A DNA stretch of 64,000 nt from an uncultured Candidatus Saccharibacteria bacterium (lineage in GTDB: Bacteria; Patescibacteriota; Minisyncoccia; Phycocordibacterales; CALRHW01), in the NCBI GenBank assembly GCA_964407105.1, contig CAYOUG010000001.1:8059-72058 (forward strand). The letters run 5' to 3'. The translations under genes and the position numbers were made by a program. The notes under the pieces were generated by a model. The model saw only the letters and a program-made list of their open reading frames with translations, did no database searches and was not told the DNA's origin. Shown one piece after another: positions 52,513-62,229 of the stretch; the stretch's first letter is position 1, and each line of letters opens with the position of its first letter.

Positions 52513-54735
52513 TTATTTTAATTTTTTTGTTTTTAATCGAAGTGAATTTGTAACTACTGATACACTGCTTCCCGCCATAGCAAGTCCCGCAAAAATCGGA
52601 TTGAGCACTATGCCCCATATTGGATAAAGTACACCAGCCGCAACAGGAATACCTATAACGTTATAAATAAATGCCCAAAAAAGATTTTGCTTTACTGTTC
52701 TCATCGTTGCTCGCGAGAGATCAAACGCTTGAGAAAGTTTGTTGATATCTCCATGAAGCAAAGTAATGCCGGCTGACTCAATTGCTATATCAGTACCCGT
52801 AGCCATTGCTATTCCAACATCAGCCTGCACCAAAGCTGGCGCATCATTTATTCCGTCTCCCGCCATCGCTACTTTTTTCCCTTCATCTTGAAGTTGTTTA
52901 ATTTTATTAGCTTTTTCAGCAGGCATTACTTCAGAAATAACGTTGTCGATGTTTGCTTGTTTTGCTATGTACTGCGCCGCTAAATGATTGTCACCAGTAA
53001 GCATTACAACCTTAATACCTCTTTTATGAAGTTTGGCAATCGCCTCTTTTGCTTCATTTTTTAAAGTATCAGAAAGTGCAACAAGTCCTATTTTTTTATC
53101 ATCAACCTCTACCACCACAACCGTTTTTCCTTGTTCTTGTAAGGCCGTCAATTTAATTTCTTTTTTGTCATTTTCATTTGGCTTATGCACGTAAACCAAC
53201 GCACCATCAACATTTGCTTTCACCCCCACGCCCTCAAGTGAAGAAAAATTTTCTGCTTTACTAAGAGAAAGTTTTTGTTCATCGGCTTTTAAAACAATAG
53301 CCTGAGCAAGTGGGTGTTCAGAAAGTTTTTCTACACTTGCAGTAAGTTGTAAAATTTGATTTTCATTCCATTTAGAATCAAGAACCACAATGTCTGTAAC
53401 TTCTGGTTTTCCTTTTGTTATAGTTCCTGTTTTATCAAGCACAATCGTATCCACCTTACTTAATTTTTCTAACGCTTCAGCGTTTTTAATAAGGATGCCA
53501 TACTCAGCGCCCTTACCAACGCCCACAATAATAGCTGTTGGTGTGGCAAGACCAAGCGCACACGGACAAGCAATCACCAAAATTCCTACGCACGACAAAA
53601 TACCATAAGATAGCGCCATAGAAAATCCTATCGTAGGAATTCCCACCGCAATCCACAAAACAAACGTAACCAGAGCAATTATTAAAACAACAGGTACAAA
53701 AATACTAGAAATTTTATCGGCGAGAGCCTGAATAGGCGCTTTTGAACCCTGAGCTTCTTCTACCATACGAATAATTTGTGAAAGCAGTGTGTCCTTACCT
53801 ATCTTTGTGGCGCCAAAAGTAAAGTGACCTTGTTTATTTATTGTGGCACCCACCACAAAATCTCCAATTTTTTTATCGACAGGAATCGGCTCTCCACTAA
53901 TCATAGATTCATCAACAGAAGAATGTCCTTCAATAATTTTGCCATCAACAGGAATTTTTGCCCCCGGTTTTACAATTACAGCATCTCCTTCATGAACATC
54001 GTTTATAGAAATCTCAACTTCTTTTCCATCACGAAAAACAAGCGCCGTCTTTGCTTGCAATCCCAATAATTTTTCAATAGCTTCGCCGGTGCGAAGTTTG
54101 GACCGTGCTTCAAGATATTTTCCAAGGGTTACAAAACCTATCACAACTATTGTTACATCAAAATATGTGTATTCTGGTAAACCAAGTGATTCTCTTATTT
54201 GGGGTAAAAGGACGACCGCAACGCTATATACGTACGCGGTGAGAGTACCTATGCCGATAAGTGTGTCCATGTTTGCAACACGATATAAAACAAATCTTTT
54301 AACCCCCCGCAAAAATGGCTGTCCTATCCAAAAAAGTACTATTGTGGCCAATATCATTCCAACTATATTAAAAAGCATCATTGATATTGGAAGGCTTGGA
54401 ATAAATGAAAATGTTTTTGCTGCTATATCCCAAAGCATTAAAACAAACACAACAAGAGCAATGGGAAAAACAAATTGCATCTTTACTTTCATTTTGGAAA
54501 GTTCTTTGTTTTTGTCCTCTTTTGGTTGATCAACAAATTTGTATCCAAGCTTTTCAATTTCTTTATTCATTTTTTCAACAGAAATTTTTTGTGGATCAAA
54601 ATTAATGCTCGCTTTTTCTGTAGCAAAATTAACATCTATTTTTTTCACCCCATCTAATCCTAAAACTGTTTGAGAAATTATGGCCGAACAACTTGCGCAA
54701 TGCATTCCCTCAATTTTTAAAGTCTGATTATTCAT
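52513..54735 (-). CDS. copA: Copper-translocating P1B-type ATPase
   Basis: GMHCASC, CPC, DKTGT, SEHPLA, GDGIND, YN and MAGSS. Confidence 0.95.
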   Translation of the reverse strand: MNNQTLKIEGMHCASCSAIISQTVLGLDGVKKIDVNFATEKASINFDPQKISVEKMNKEIEKLGYKFVDQPKEDKNKELSKMKVKMQFVFPIALVVFVLMLWDIAAKTFSFIPSLPISMMLFNIVGMILATIVLFWIGQPFLRGVKRFVLYRVANMDTLIGIGTLTAYVYSVAVVLLPQIRESLGLPEYTYFDVTIVVIGFVTLGKYLEARSKLRTGEAIEKLLGLQAKTALVFRDGKEVEISINDVHEGDAVIVKPGAKIPVDGKIIEGHSSVDESMISGEPIPVDKKIGDFVVGATINKQGHFTFGATKIGKDTLLSQIIRMVEEAQGSKAPIQALADKISSIFVPVVLIIALVTFVLWIAVGIPTIGFSMALSYGILSCVGILVIACPCALGLATPTAIIVGVGKGAEYGILIKNAEALEKLSKVDTIVLDKTGTITKGKPEVTDIVVLDSKWNENQILQLTASVEKLSEHPLAQAIVLKADEQKLSLSKAENFSSLEGVGVKANVDGALVYVHKPNENDKKEIKLTALQEQGKTVVVVEVDDKKIGLVALSDTLKNEAKEAIAKLHKRGIKVVMLTGDNHLAAQYIAKQANIDNVISEVMPAEKANKIKQLQDEGKKVAMAGDGINDAPALVQADVGIAMATGTDIAIESAGITLLHGDINKLSQAFDLSRATMRTVKQNLFWAFIYNVIGIPVAAGVLYPIWGIVLNPIFAGLAMAGSSVSVVTNSLRLKTKKLK

Positions 54736-54756
54736 ATAAAAAATGTATATGTCGAT

Positions 54757-55008
54757 TTATTTCCTCTTAAGTTTATAGACCTTAAGAATCTCTTCTTTTG
54801 CTTTCTCGGTTTGTCCTTTGGTAACCTGATTTAAAACACAACTACCCAAATGGTTTTCAAGAAGCAGATCTTCTACATTTGAAAGAGCTTGTTTTACAGC
54901 AGACGTTTGAGTAATAACATCAATACAATAAGTATTATTTTCAATCATTTTTTGAAGACCGCGCACCTGACCCTCAACAAGTTTTAATCGACGAATAATT
55001 TTTTTCAT
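54757..55008 (-). CDS. csoR: CsoR family copper-sensing repressor
   Basis: RLKLVEGQVRG, Cys...His-x3-Cys ligands. Confidence 0.9.
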   Translation of the reverse strand: MKKIIRRLKLVEGQVRGLQKMIENNTYCIDVITQTSAVKQALSNVEDLLLENHLGSCVLNQVTKGQTEKAKEEILKVYKLKRK

Positions 55009-55014
55009 ACCAAT

Positions 55015-55044
55015 ATTCTATACCCCCCAAGGGGTATGTGTCAA
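55015..55044 (-). promoter_or_regulatory. csoR-copA promoter with a CsoR operator
   Basis: TTGACA-18-TAGAAT on the minus strand, enclosing ATACCCCCCAAGGGGTAT (55020-55037), the C/G-tract palindrome typical of CsoR sites. Confidence 0.85.
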
Positions 55045-55075
55045 TTTAGTATCATAAGAGAAAGTTGCAAAATTG

Positions 55076-55242
55076 GTGCTGCCGATCAGGGACTCTCGGC
55101 TACCGCCGCGGGTGCTTTTCGGTCTCGCATGCGAGTACGCACACTCGACAACGAAAAGCCTTTCGAGTCCCTGACGAAAGTGCCGCGGGGCACTTTCTAT
55201 CGCCAGCACTCCGCTTCGCTACGTGCTGCCGATCAGGGACTC
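55076..55242. repeat. Triplicated tRNA-Gln 3' end (direct, inverted and native copies) separated by hairpin spacers
   Basis: GTGCTGCCGATCAGGGACTC at 55076-55095 and 55223-55242; split inverted copy at 55162-55174 plus 55199-55209. Confidence 0.9.
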
Positions 55243-55296
55243 GAACCCCAATTAACCGCTCCAGAGGCGGTCGTCCTACCATTAGACGAATCGGCA
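55226..55296 (-). tRNA. tRNA-Gln(CTG)
   Basis: Acceptor TGCCGAT/ATCGGCA, anticodon arm ACCGC-CTCTGGA-GCGGT, GGTTCGAGTCC. Confidence 0.93.
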
Positions 55297-55397
55297 ATAA
55301 ACCTTACGATACTTTAAAAATAGCCTTTTTTCAAGCAAACAAAAACCGGCCTCGGGGGTCGGTTTTTTGCGACAAAAATTGTGTCGCGTTTGTTTCG

Positions 55398-55610
55398 TTA
55401 TCGGATGGTTGCACCACGCTCGTTCAGAACGAGCCGTCCGAAGTCATCAACGTAAGAACGTTTTTCTGGGTCATACCTCAATCCACGCGCCTCAGCCGCT
55501 TCAACGTTGCGAGGATGCTCTGGTCTCAAACTCGCACAAAAAACTGGTTGGGGTTTTGTTGCAGGTTTCTGTGTTGCTGACTTCGGATTCGGAGTCTTCT
55601 TCGTCGTCAT
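55398..55610 (-). CDS. Small hypothetical protein
   Basis: AAGGAA SD; hairpin terminator at 55340-55368 downstream. Confidence 0.55.
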   Translation of the reverse strand: MTTKKTPNPKSATQKPATKPQPVFCASLRPEHPRNVEAAEARGLRYDPEKRSYVDDFGRLVLNERGATIR

Positions 55611-55681
55611 ACAGTTTCCTTTCTTTTGTACACACCCAAAAAAACTGTATCAGATTAAATAATAATTGTCTACACAAAAAA

Positions 55682-57355
55682 CTATTTCTTCTTCTTTAAA
55701 AGTGCTGCTCGTATAAAAGCAGTGAAAAGTGGATGCGGATCAAGTGGACGCGCTTGAAATTCTGGATGAAACTGTACACCAACAAAAAATGGATGAACAC
55801 TTCGTGGAAGCTCAGCTATTTCCATAAGCTGACGACTTGGTGATACACCAGAAAAAACTAGGCCAGCATTAGTGAGTTGCTCAACATACGCCGGATTTAC
55901 CTCAAAACGATGTCTATGACGCTCAGAAATTTCTTCGCAACCATATGCTTCTTGAGCAATCGTTCCTTTTGTAAGAACAGCCGCACACGCGCCGAGTCGC
56001 ATCGTGGCACCATATGCACCATCTTTCATGTGTTTTTCTTGCTCAGGCATTATGTAAATAACGGGATGTGGTGTTTTAGGATTTACTTCGGTGGTATGAG
56101 CATCTTTAAGGCCCGCCACATGGCGCGCGTATTCTATAACTGCAAGTTGCATACCGTAACACAAACCATAAAAAGGAATTTTTTCTTTGCGCACGTACTC
56201 AATAACTTTTATTTTCCCTTCAACGCCAGTAGAACCAAAACCACCCGGCACAAGAACGCCGTCATATTTTTTAAGTACGTTTAATTTTGTTTTTCCGATT
56301 TCAAAATCTTTTGCGCTTAAATAATGAATAACAGGTTTTACACCAAGAGAATATGCAGAAAATTTTATTGCGTGAATAACAGAAAGATAAGCATCAGAAA
56401 GAGAAAATTCACCTGAATCAAAATATTTTCCAACCATAGCAATATGCACTTCACCATTGCCATTTTTTACGTGAGCCACAAATTTTTTCCATTCATTCAA
56501 ATCGCCAACTTTATTTTTTGGTGTAAGTGAAAGTGTTTTACAAAGAATATCGCTCAAGTGATCACGTTCAAAATTGATAGGAACATCATAAATACTATCT
56601 ACGTCTGGTGCAGAAATAACATGATCTGGATGAATATTACAAAAAAGCGCAATTTTATCTTTTCGTTTTTGATCAAGCGAAACTTCACTACGAGCGATAA
56701 TGATATCTGCTTGAACTCCAACGCTATTTAGGGAACGCGCCGCGTATTGCGTTGGTTTAGTTTTCATTTCACCAATCTTGCTAGGCATTGGTAAATAAGA
56801 GACCATTACAACAGCAACATCATTCCAATTTTTTGCCTTCATCATTCGCGCCGCTTCCAAAAATAAAATATTTTGGTACTCACCTATCGTGCCTCCTATT
56901 TCTATCACCGTTACATCAGCATTTGCATTTTCAGCAGCAACCTCAATACGACGTATCACTTCAAAAGGCACGTCTGGCACCACCTCGACCGTCTTTCCTT
57001 TATATTCCAAATTACGTTCTTTACGTATCACTTCCTGATATACCCGACCGGTCGTCATGTAATTTATACGAGTAAGATCGATATTTAAAAAACGTTCATA
57101 ATTACCCATATCTTGATCCGTCTCATCTCCATCTTTTAAAACAAATACTTCGCCGTGTTCTGTGGGATTCATTGTTCCGGCGTCCATGTTTATATACGGA
57201 TCAATTTTAAGAGCGGTAACAGAAAAACCACGCGCCTTTAAAATAAGAGCGATAGAAGAAGCCGCGACACCCTTGCCCACCCCAGACATAACACCTCCGG
57301 TGACGAAGATATATTTTCTGATTTTCTGTGTAACTTGTGTTTTCTGTGTTTTCAT
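55682..57355 (-). CDS. pyrG: CTP synthase
   Basis: FVTGGVMSGVGKG, KTKPTQ, PGGFG, GLCYGMQ, QFHPEF. Confidence 0.97.
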   Translation of the reverse strand: MKTQKTQVTQKIRKYIFVTGGVMSGVGKGVAASSIALILKARGFSVTALKIDPYINMDAGTMNPTEHGEVFVLKDGDETDQDMGNYERFLNIDLTRINYMTTGRVYQEVIRKERNLEYKGKTVEVVPDVPFEVIRRIEVAAENANADVTVIEIGGTIGEYQNILFLEAARMMKAKNWNDVAVVMVSYLPMPSKIGEMKTKPTQYAARSLNSVGVQADIIIARSEVSLDQKRKDKIALFCNIHPDHVISAPDVDSIYDVPINFERDHLSDILCKTLSLTPKNKVGDLNEWKKFVAHVKNGNGEVHIAMVGKYFDSGEFSLSDAYLSVIHAIKFSAYSLGVKPVIHYLSAKDFEIGKTKLNVLKKYDGVLVPGGFGSTGVEGKIKVIEYVRKEKIPFYGLCYGMQLAVIEYARHVAGLKDAHTTEVNPKTPHPVIYIMPEQEKHMKDGAYGATMRLGACAAVLTKGTIAQEAYGCEEISERHRHRFEVNPAYVEQLTNAGLVFSGVSPSRQLMEIAELPRSVHPFFVGVQFHPEFQARPLDPHPLFTAFIRAALLKKKK

Positions 57356-57376
57356 ATCTTCGTAAGATATTAAATA

Positions 57377-58303
57377 TTAAATTTTTAGGTATCTCCTTAC
57401 TGCCAGATAACTTGAAACCGCACCAATAAAAATACCAGAACCAATTACAATCAAGAAAATCTGACCGAAATTTGAAATGTAATAATCAAAAACATTTAAA
57501 CCAACAAAAAAATCTTTGGTCACTCCTCCGAGCCAAAGTGTTAGTGGATAAAAAATACAGAGAGTAATGATGCCAGCAAGAGCACCATACATAATACCAC
57601 TCACAACAAATGGACCACGAATATAAAGTGCGCTTGCCCCCACAAGACGCATCACAGAAATTTCTTCTCGAGAAATAAAAATCACCAAACGAATTGTGTT
57701 AAACGTAATTAAAATAGAAATAACAACCAATATCAGTGTAAACGCAAAACCAAAACGATTTGCGGCTGAAATAATTTGAGTAAGTTTGTTAATCGAGTCT
57801 TTGTTTTTAAAATAATTTACATTATCAACAATGGGTGCACCATTTTTTGCAAGAATATTTTCTCCCTGCAAAAACGTAGCGATACCCTCATACTGCTGTG
57901 GCTCTTTTGCTTTTATGTTTATTTTAGCGCCAAGAGGATTTTGACCGAGCTCATCTAAAGCCTGAAGTGTAAATGCATCGTTTTCATGACGTTTACGAAA
58001 ATCTGCAAGCTCTTGTTCACGAGACACGTATGTTGCGGTCGATACCTCAGGTAATTTTTCAATAGAACTTTTTATAGCCAGAATATCTTCTTCTTGTGCG
58101 GTGGTTAAAAAATAAACATTTACGTCAACCTTGTTACGAATTTCTTCAAGACTCTTATTTAGAATTGCACCAAAAAAAACTACCGAACCAATGACGGAAA
58201 GTGTCACTATCATTACAAGTATCGAAGAAAGTGAAACGAAACCGTTGCGGAAAAAACTAAAAAATCCAGACTTAATGATGCGTTTTAAATTGGTCCTAAA
58301 CAT
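57377..58303 (-). CDS. ftsX: Cell division permease FtsX
   Basis: NTIRL...REEISVMRLVGA...IRGPF. Confidence 0.92.
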   Translation of the reverse strand: MFRTNLKRIIKSGFFSFFRNGFVSLSSILVMIVTLSVIGSVVFFGAILNKSLEEIRNKVDVNVYFLTTAQEEDILAIKSSIEKLPEVSTATYVSREQELADFRKRHENDAFTLQALDELGQNPLGAKINIKAKEPQQYEGIATFLQGENILAKNGAPIVDNVNYFKNKDSINKLTQIISAANRFGFAFTLILVVISILITFNTIRLVIFISREEISVMRLVGASALYIRGPFVVSGIMYGALAGIITLCIFYPLTLWLGGVTKDFFVGLNVFDYYISNFGQIFLIVIGSGIFIGAVSSYLAVRRYLKI

Positions 58304-58311
58304 GAGACTTA

Positions 58312-58992
58312 TTATATTACATATCTACCCTCTTTGTCGTCTCGAATAATACGTCCGTTTTCCATCGTTATAACACGACGACTAAGTGAATCGATGACTC
58401 CTTTGTTGTGTGTTGTGAGAATTACCATTGTCCCAAGATCGTTTATCTTTTTCAAAATTTGCACTATTTCATAAGTATTAACCGGATCAAGATTGCCGGT
58501 GGGTTCATCTGCAATAATAATATCTGGCTGATTAACTATCGCCCGAGCTATTGCTACACGCTGTTTTTCTCCACCAGATAGTTCGTGAGGAAAATTCCAA
58601 ATTTTATTACCAAGATCGACTAAATTTAGAACGTGTGGCACGTCGGCCTGAATTTCATCTTCAGCTCTACCAGCCGCCTCCATCGCAAACGAAATATTTT
58701 CAAACACCGTTTTATCCGGCAACAACCTATAATCCTGAAACACCACTCCTATTCGGCGGCGATAATTATTTATCTCTCTTGCACGCAAAGAATGAATGTC
58801 GGTTGATTCAATAAAAACCCTACCTTCGGTGGGTTTTTCTTCAGCCAAAAGCATTTTTAAAAGAGTGGTCTTTCCGGCACCAGAGTGACCGACAATAGAA
58901 ACAAACTCTTGGGGTTCAATAGAAAAAGTAATACCCTCTAGAGCAATCGAGTTGTCTGAATATATTTTTGAAACCTTGTCGAAATAAATCAT
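58312..58992 (-). CDS. ftsE: Cell division ATPase FtsE
   Basis: GHSGAGKT, VFQDYRLL, LSGGEKQRV, ADEPTGNLD. Confidence 0.93.
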   Translation of the reverse strand: MIYFDKVSKIYSDNSIALEGITFSIEPQEFVSIVGHSGAGKTTLLKMLLAEEKPTEGRVFIESTDIHSLRAREINNYRRRIGVVFQDYRLLPDKTVFENISFAMEAAGRAEDEIQADVPHVLNLVDLGNKIWNFPHELSGGEKQRVAIARAIVNQPDIIIADEPTGNLDPVNTYEIVQILKKINDLGTMVILTTHNKGVIDSLSRRVITMENGRIIRDDKEGRYVI

Positions 58993-59046
58993 GAATTGTT
59001 ACTTTCGTGCTTAGTATATCATCAAAAAGAAATTAGAAAAAACTGT

Positions 59047-59171
59047 TCAAAAAAAGCAGAGAAATGTGTGTTTTCTCAGCACGCGTCAAAGCCTGCTGGC
59101 TTTGCTGCTCCGCTCGGCGCCGTCGCGCCTGCGCGAGTCTTCGTAAACACACATTTCTCTGCTTTTTTTGA
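59047..59171. repeat. Palindromic element, family 1, copy C
   Basis: 27 bp perfect arms 59047-59073/59145-59171; core shares AAAGCC-TGCT-GGCTTT, CGCTC and the CGTC-loop hairpin with copy A. Confidence 0.88.
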
Positions 59172-59183
59172 TTTTTTTGATTT

Positions 59184-60059
59184 TTATAGACCCTTTTCAG
59201 CCTCAATAAATTCATCGAGTTCACCCCCCAATACTTTTTCAATATCTCTCACTTCTACTTCTGTACGGTGATCTTTTACCATTTGGTAAGGGTGCATCAC
59301 ATACGAGCGTATCTGACTTCCCCATTCATTTTGAGTTGTTTTACTTACATACATACCACTTTCCTTACTTTTTCTATCATCTTCTACCATTTTATAAAGT
59401 TTCCCACGCAAAATTTGCATTGCATGTTCACGATTTTGTGCCTGAGAACGCTCTGAATCTGCATGTACAGCAATACCGCTAGGAATATGCACCACCCGCA
59501 CCGCCGTCTCTCTTTTGTTTACATTTTGTCCACCCGGCCCACTTGAACGTGAAAACTCAAAACGAATATCGTCATCAGGAATATCCAAATCATCAAGTTT
59601 TTCAAATTTTGGAATTACTTCAACCATTGAAAAAGAGGTGTGTCGAAGTTTTTTTGCACTAAAAGGAGAAATGCGAACGAGCCGATGAACCCCAGATTCA
59701 TTTTTTAATGTTCCATAAACATTTTTTCCTATTATTTCAAGCATCACATTACGATAACCCCCGTGATCATTTTCATGTTTGTGTATAAAATTTACACTCC
59801 AATCGTGATTTTGAATATACTTCAAATACATTTCAAGAAGAATGTGCGTAAAATCTTCGGCGTCATCACCTCCAGCACCAGAAAAAATGGTCATGATGGC
59901 GTTACCTTTGTCGTATTTTCCCACCCCCCCAAGCTCATCTTTTAAAGTCTGAAGTTCTTTAATTATATTTTGCGCGAGAACCTTGTCGTTCCAAAAATCA
60001 GGCGCTAGCATACGCGCCTCAATTTCAGCAATTTTTTTCTCAATCTCTTCTTTCTGCAT
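59184..60059 (-). CDS. prfB: Peptide chain release factor 2 (short, no frameshift site visible)
   Basis: PDFWND, GAGG, SPF motif, GPGGQNVNK, WGSQIRSY. Confidence 0.92.
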   Translation of the reverse strand: MQKEEIEKKIAEIEARMLAPDFWNDKVLAQNIIKELQTLKDELGGVGKYDKGNAIMTIFSGAGGDDAEDFTHILLEMYLKYIQNHDWSVNFIHKHENDHGGYRNVMLEIIGKNVYGTLKNESGVHRLVRISPFSAKKLRHTSFSMVEVIPKFEKLDDLDIPDDDIRFEFSRSSGPGGQNVNKRETAVRVVHIPSGIAVHADSERSQAQNREHAMQILRGKLYKMVEDDRKSKESGMYVSKTTQNEWGSQIRSYVMHPYQMVKDHRTEVEVRDIEKVLGGELDEFIEAEKGL

Positions 60060-60089
60060 TGATACAGTGTAACAAAAAGATTACACAAA

Positions 60090-60416
60090 AGAAAAACCGG
60101 GCACCTTCGTGGGTGCCCGGCTGGATTGTCAGAAACGCTGTGTCTGTTCAGGTCATTGGATGGGAAACGTCCCCATGAACATCCATCCTAGCCGTGGTGC
60201 CAAATTGTTACCCCAAAACCCCCTTTGGGATCAGAGTTACTATCAAGCATGCCTACGGCATGTTGTTGCACTTTACGGACACACGCATCTCTGACAATCA
60301 ACACGGAGGATCTTGCGCCCTCTTTATGAGCCTTGCTTGGGAAGTCGCCGTCCGGGTCTAACCCTTTTAGCGCTTCGAGCTCTAAGGCCTACAGATTGCT
60401 CCATGTGAACCAACTG
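60090..60416 (-). ncRNA. Candidate structured non-coding RNA of unknown family
   Basis: TTGACA-16-TAGACT promoter (60450-60423), long closing helix 60124-60145/60279-60299, internal hairpins, terminator CCGGGCACC/GGTGCCCGG plus T tract; no long ORF. Confidence 0.55.
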
Positions 60417-60460
60417 AATACGAGTCTACACCCACAAAAAAACATGTCAAGTGGATATTG

Positions 60461-60533
60461 AGCCACCTCGCAGAATCGAACTGCGGACCCCCACTTTACG
60501 AAAGTGGTGCTCTACCAACTGAGCTAAGGTGGC
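60461..60533 (-). tRNA. tRNA-Thr(CGT)
   Basis: GCCACCT acceptor, anticodon arm CCACT-TTCGTAA-AGTGG, GTTCGA. Confidence 0.94.
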
Positions 60534-60624
60534 GTACATATTTTTTAAGGATACACAAAAAATAACATCTGTGCCATGCATAAAGCGTGCATTGCAAAAG
60601 AAAAAACTTTGACTTTTGTTGCGG

Positions 60625-60697
60625 AGCCGTTGTCCGGGATTGAACCGGAGACCTCGTCATTACCAATGACGTGCTCTACCAACTGAGCTACAACGGC
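60625..60697 (-). tRNA. tRNA-Thr(GGT)
   Basis: GCCGTTG acceptor, anticodon arm CGTCA-TTGGTAA-TGACG, GGTTCAATCC. Confidence 0.94.
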
Positions 60698-60811
60698 ACT
60701 AATTAGTATTTGTGAATCATACTACAGGGTACTTTTTTTTCAATCTTTAGGGATGAATACTTTAGGAAAACTTTAGCACTTCTTGAGCCGTTGTTTTGTA
60801 ATATATATCCA

Positions 60812-61576
60812 ATGGCGAAATACCAAAAAAAACTCATAGCGATCGAACTCAGGAAAAAAGGACTGAGTATTAATGCTATTGCTAAAAAACTTGATATTTC
60901 AAAAGGAACGGTTAGCTTGTGGTGTAAAGATATGAAACTTACAGAAGAACAAAAAAATGTTTTAAAACAAAATACTATAAAAGCTGGTCATAAAGGCAGA
61001 AGTCTGGGAACAGAAAAACAAAAAAAGAAAAAATTGGATATTGTAAATTTTTATAATAACCTTGCAGAAAAAGATGTTGGGGCACTTTCCAATCGAGATT
61101 TTTTACTTATTGCTGCCGCGCTGTATTGGGGAGAAGGAAGTAAAACCAGCAACAGATTTATTTTTGTGAATTCAGACCCAAACATGATTAAATGTATGTA
61201 TATTTTTTTAACAGAAGTGTTAAAAATTGATAAAAATGACATACGACCCACCATACAAATAAACGAAATCCATCGACCACGTATCGACAAGGTCTTAACT
61301 TTTTGGCATATTTTGCTACAATTACCACTTAGTAGCTTCAATAAACCATATTATGTAAAGACCCCACAAAGAAAAGTCTATGCAAACTATGATTCATATT
61401 ATGGAGTACTAAGACTTAAGATCTTGAAGGGATCACGCATACAGTATAGAATACTGGGTCTTATTAAAGCATTATGTCGAGGTAGCTCAATGGTGGAGCA
61501 GTCGTTTCATAAGCGACAGGATATGGGTTCGACTCCCATCCTCGACACTATTTCAGATAATGATTTAGTGTATTGA
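60812..61576 (+). CDS. HTH + LAGLIDADG-like domain protein overlapping a tRNA
   Basis: N-terminal HTH (GLSINAIAKKLDISKGTVSLW); AAALYWGEGSK and FVNSDPNMI motifs recall the LAGLIDADG helix and following strand; endonuclease call is by motif resemblance only. Confidence 0.7.
   Translation: MAKYQKKLIAIELRKKGLSINAIAKKLDISKGTVSLWCKDMKLTEEQKNVLKQNTIKAGHKGRSLGTEKQKKKKLDIVNFYNNLAEKDVGALSNRDFLLIAAALYWGEGSKTSNRFIFVNSDPNMIKCMYIFLTEVLKIDKNDIRPTIQINEIHRPRIDKVLTFWHILLQLPLSSFNKPYYVKTPQRKVYANYDSYYGVLRLKILKGSRIQYRILGLIKALCRGSSMVEQSFHKRQDMGSTPILDTISDNDLVY
61476..61547 (+). tRNA. tRNA with CAT anticodon (elongator Met or Ile2)
   Basis: Acceptor GTCGAGG/CCTCGAC, anticodon arm GTCGT-TTCATAA-GCGAC, GGTTCGACTCC. 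Confidence 0.88.
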
Positions 61577-61611
61577 TATACGAGTCATTGTCTGTTAGAT
61601 TAAAACGTATT

Positions 61612-61685
61612 GCGGTCGTAGCTCAACTGGTTAGAGCACTCGCCTGTCACGTGAGAGGTTGTGGGTTCAAGTCCCATCGGCCGCG
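61612..61685 (+). tRNA. tRNA-Asp(GTC)
   Basis: GCGGTCG acceptor, anticodon loop CTGTCAC, GGTTCAAGTCC, G discriminator. Confidence 0.94.
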
Positions 61686-61820
61686 CAAATAAAATTTATC
61701 TAAAAAGTCCTTCTTTTGCGGGGTGTTTTTGGTTCTAACCAATGTTTTAGGTACACACATTACCTAATGTGCTTGACTTATACAATTAAATATGCTATAT
61801 TCGAAGCAGGAGGTCACAAC

Positions 61821-62075
61821 ATGATGACACTGTTTCGTGGTTTTGCCTCGTCCGTCACTGCATTCGTGGATGCGAACAGAGGCGAGAAGTCACGGCTTGA
61901 GAAAATCAGGGGGTGTGATGGTCATTATCATGTCACTTGGCCAATCAAGACGTTCTGCAATACTGCTGAAGAAGTGGTATTTGCAGAAAGCCAGCCACTT
62001 CATGATGTGGAACTTTGTGACGGTTCGTGTTTTGAACACACGACTGTCGCTATGTTCATGGCTGAAGCGTACTAG
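61821..62075 (+). CDS. Small hypothetical protein with Cys/His motifs
   Basis: AGGAGG SD, upstream TTGACT...TATATT, downstream hairpin; CDGHYH and CDGSC motifs. Confidence 0.55.
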   Translation: MMTLFRGFASSVTAFVDANRGEKSRLEKIRGCDGHYHVTWPIKTFCNTAEEVVFAESQPLHDVELCDGSCFEHTTVAMFMAEAY

Positions 62076-62229
62076 CTCCGCACAAAGAAGTCCTAAACTT
62101 CATCTTGTGTGGGGCTTCTTTGTTTACAAAAATAAATAATGTATTAGAGAAGTATTTTGAATAACAGTTCTAACATCGTCCACTAATCCGCGCAAATTAT
62201 ATAAGTTAAAAAAATGCTAGAATAAACCA

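Noticed and set aside
55076-55095. attR of an integrated prophage or island at tRNA-Gln
   Set aside because: The direct repeats are only about 130 bp apart with no integrase, and simple integration does not explain the inverted copy.
60090-60416. RNase P RNA, tmRNA or 6S identity for the structured region
   Set aside because: No GAGGAAAGUCC-type P4 motif, no tRNA-like ends, and a branched rather than rod-like pairing pattern; left unassigned.
60785-60793. GAGCCGTTG matching the tRNA-Thr(GGT) 3' end
   Set aside because: Too short and on the upstream side of the tRNA; likely chance.
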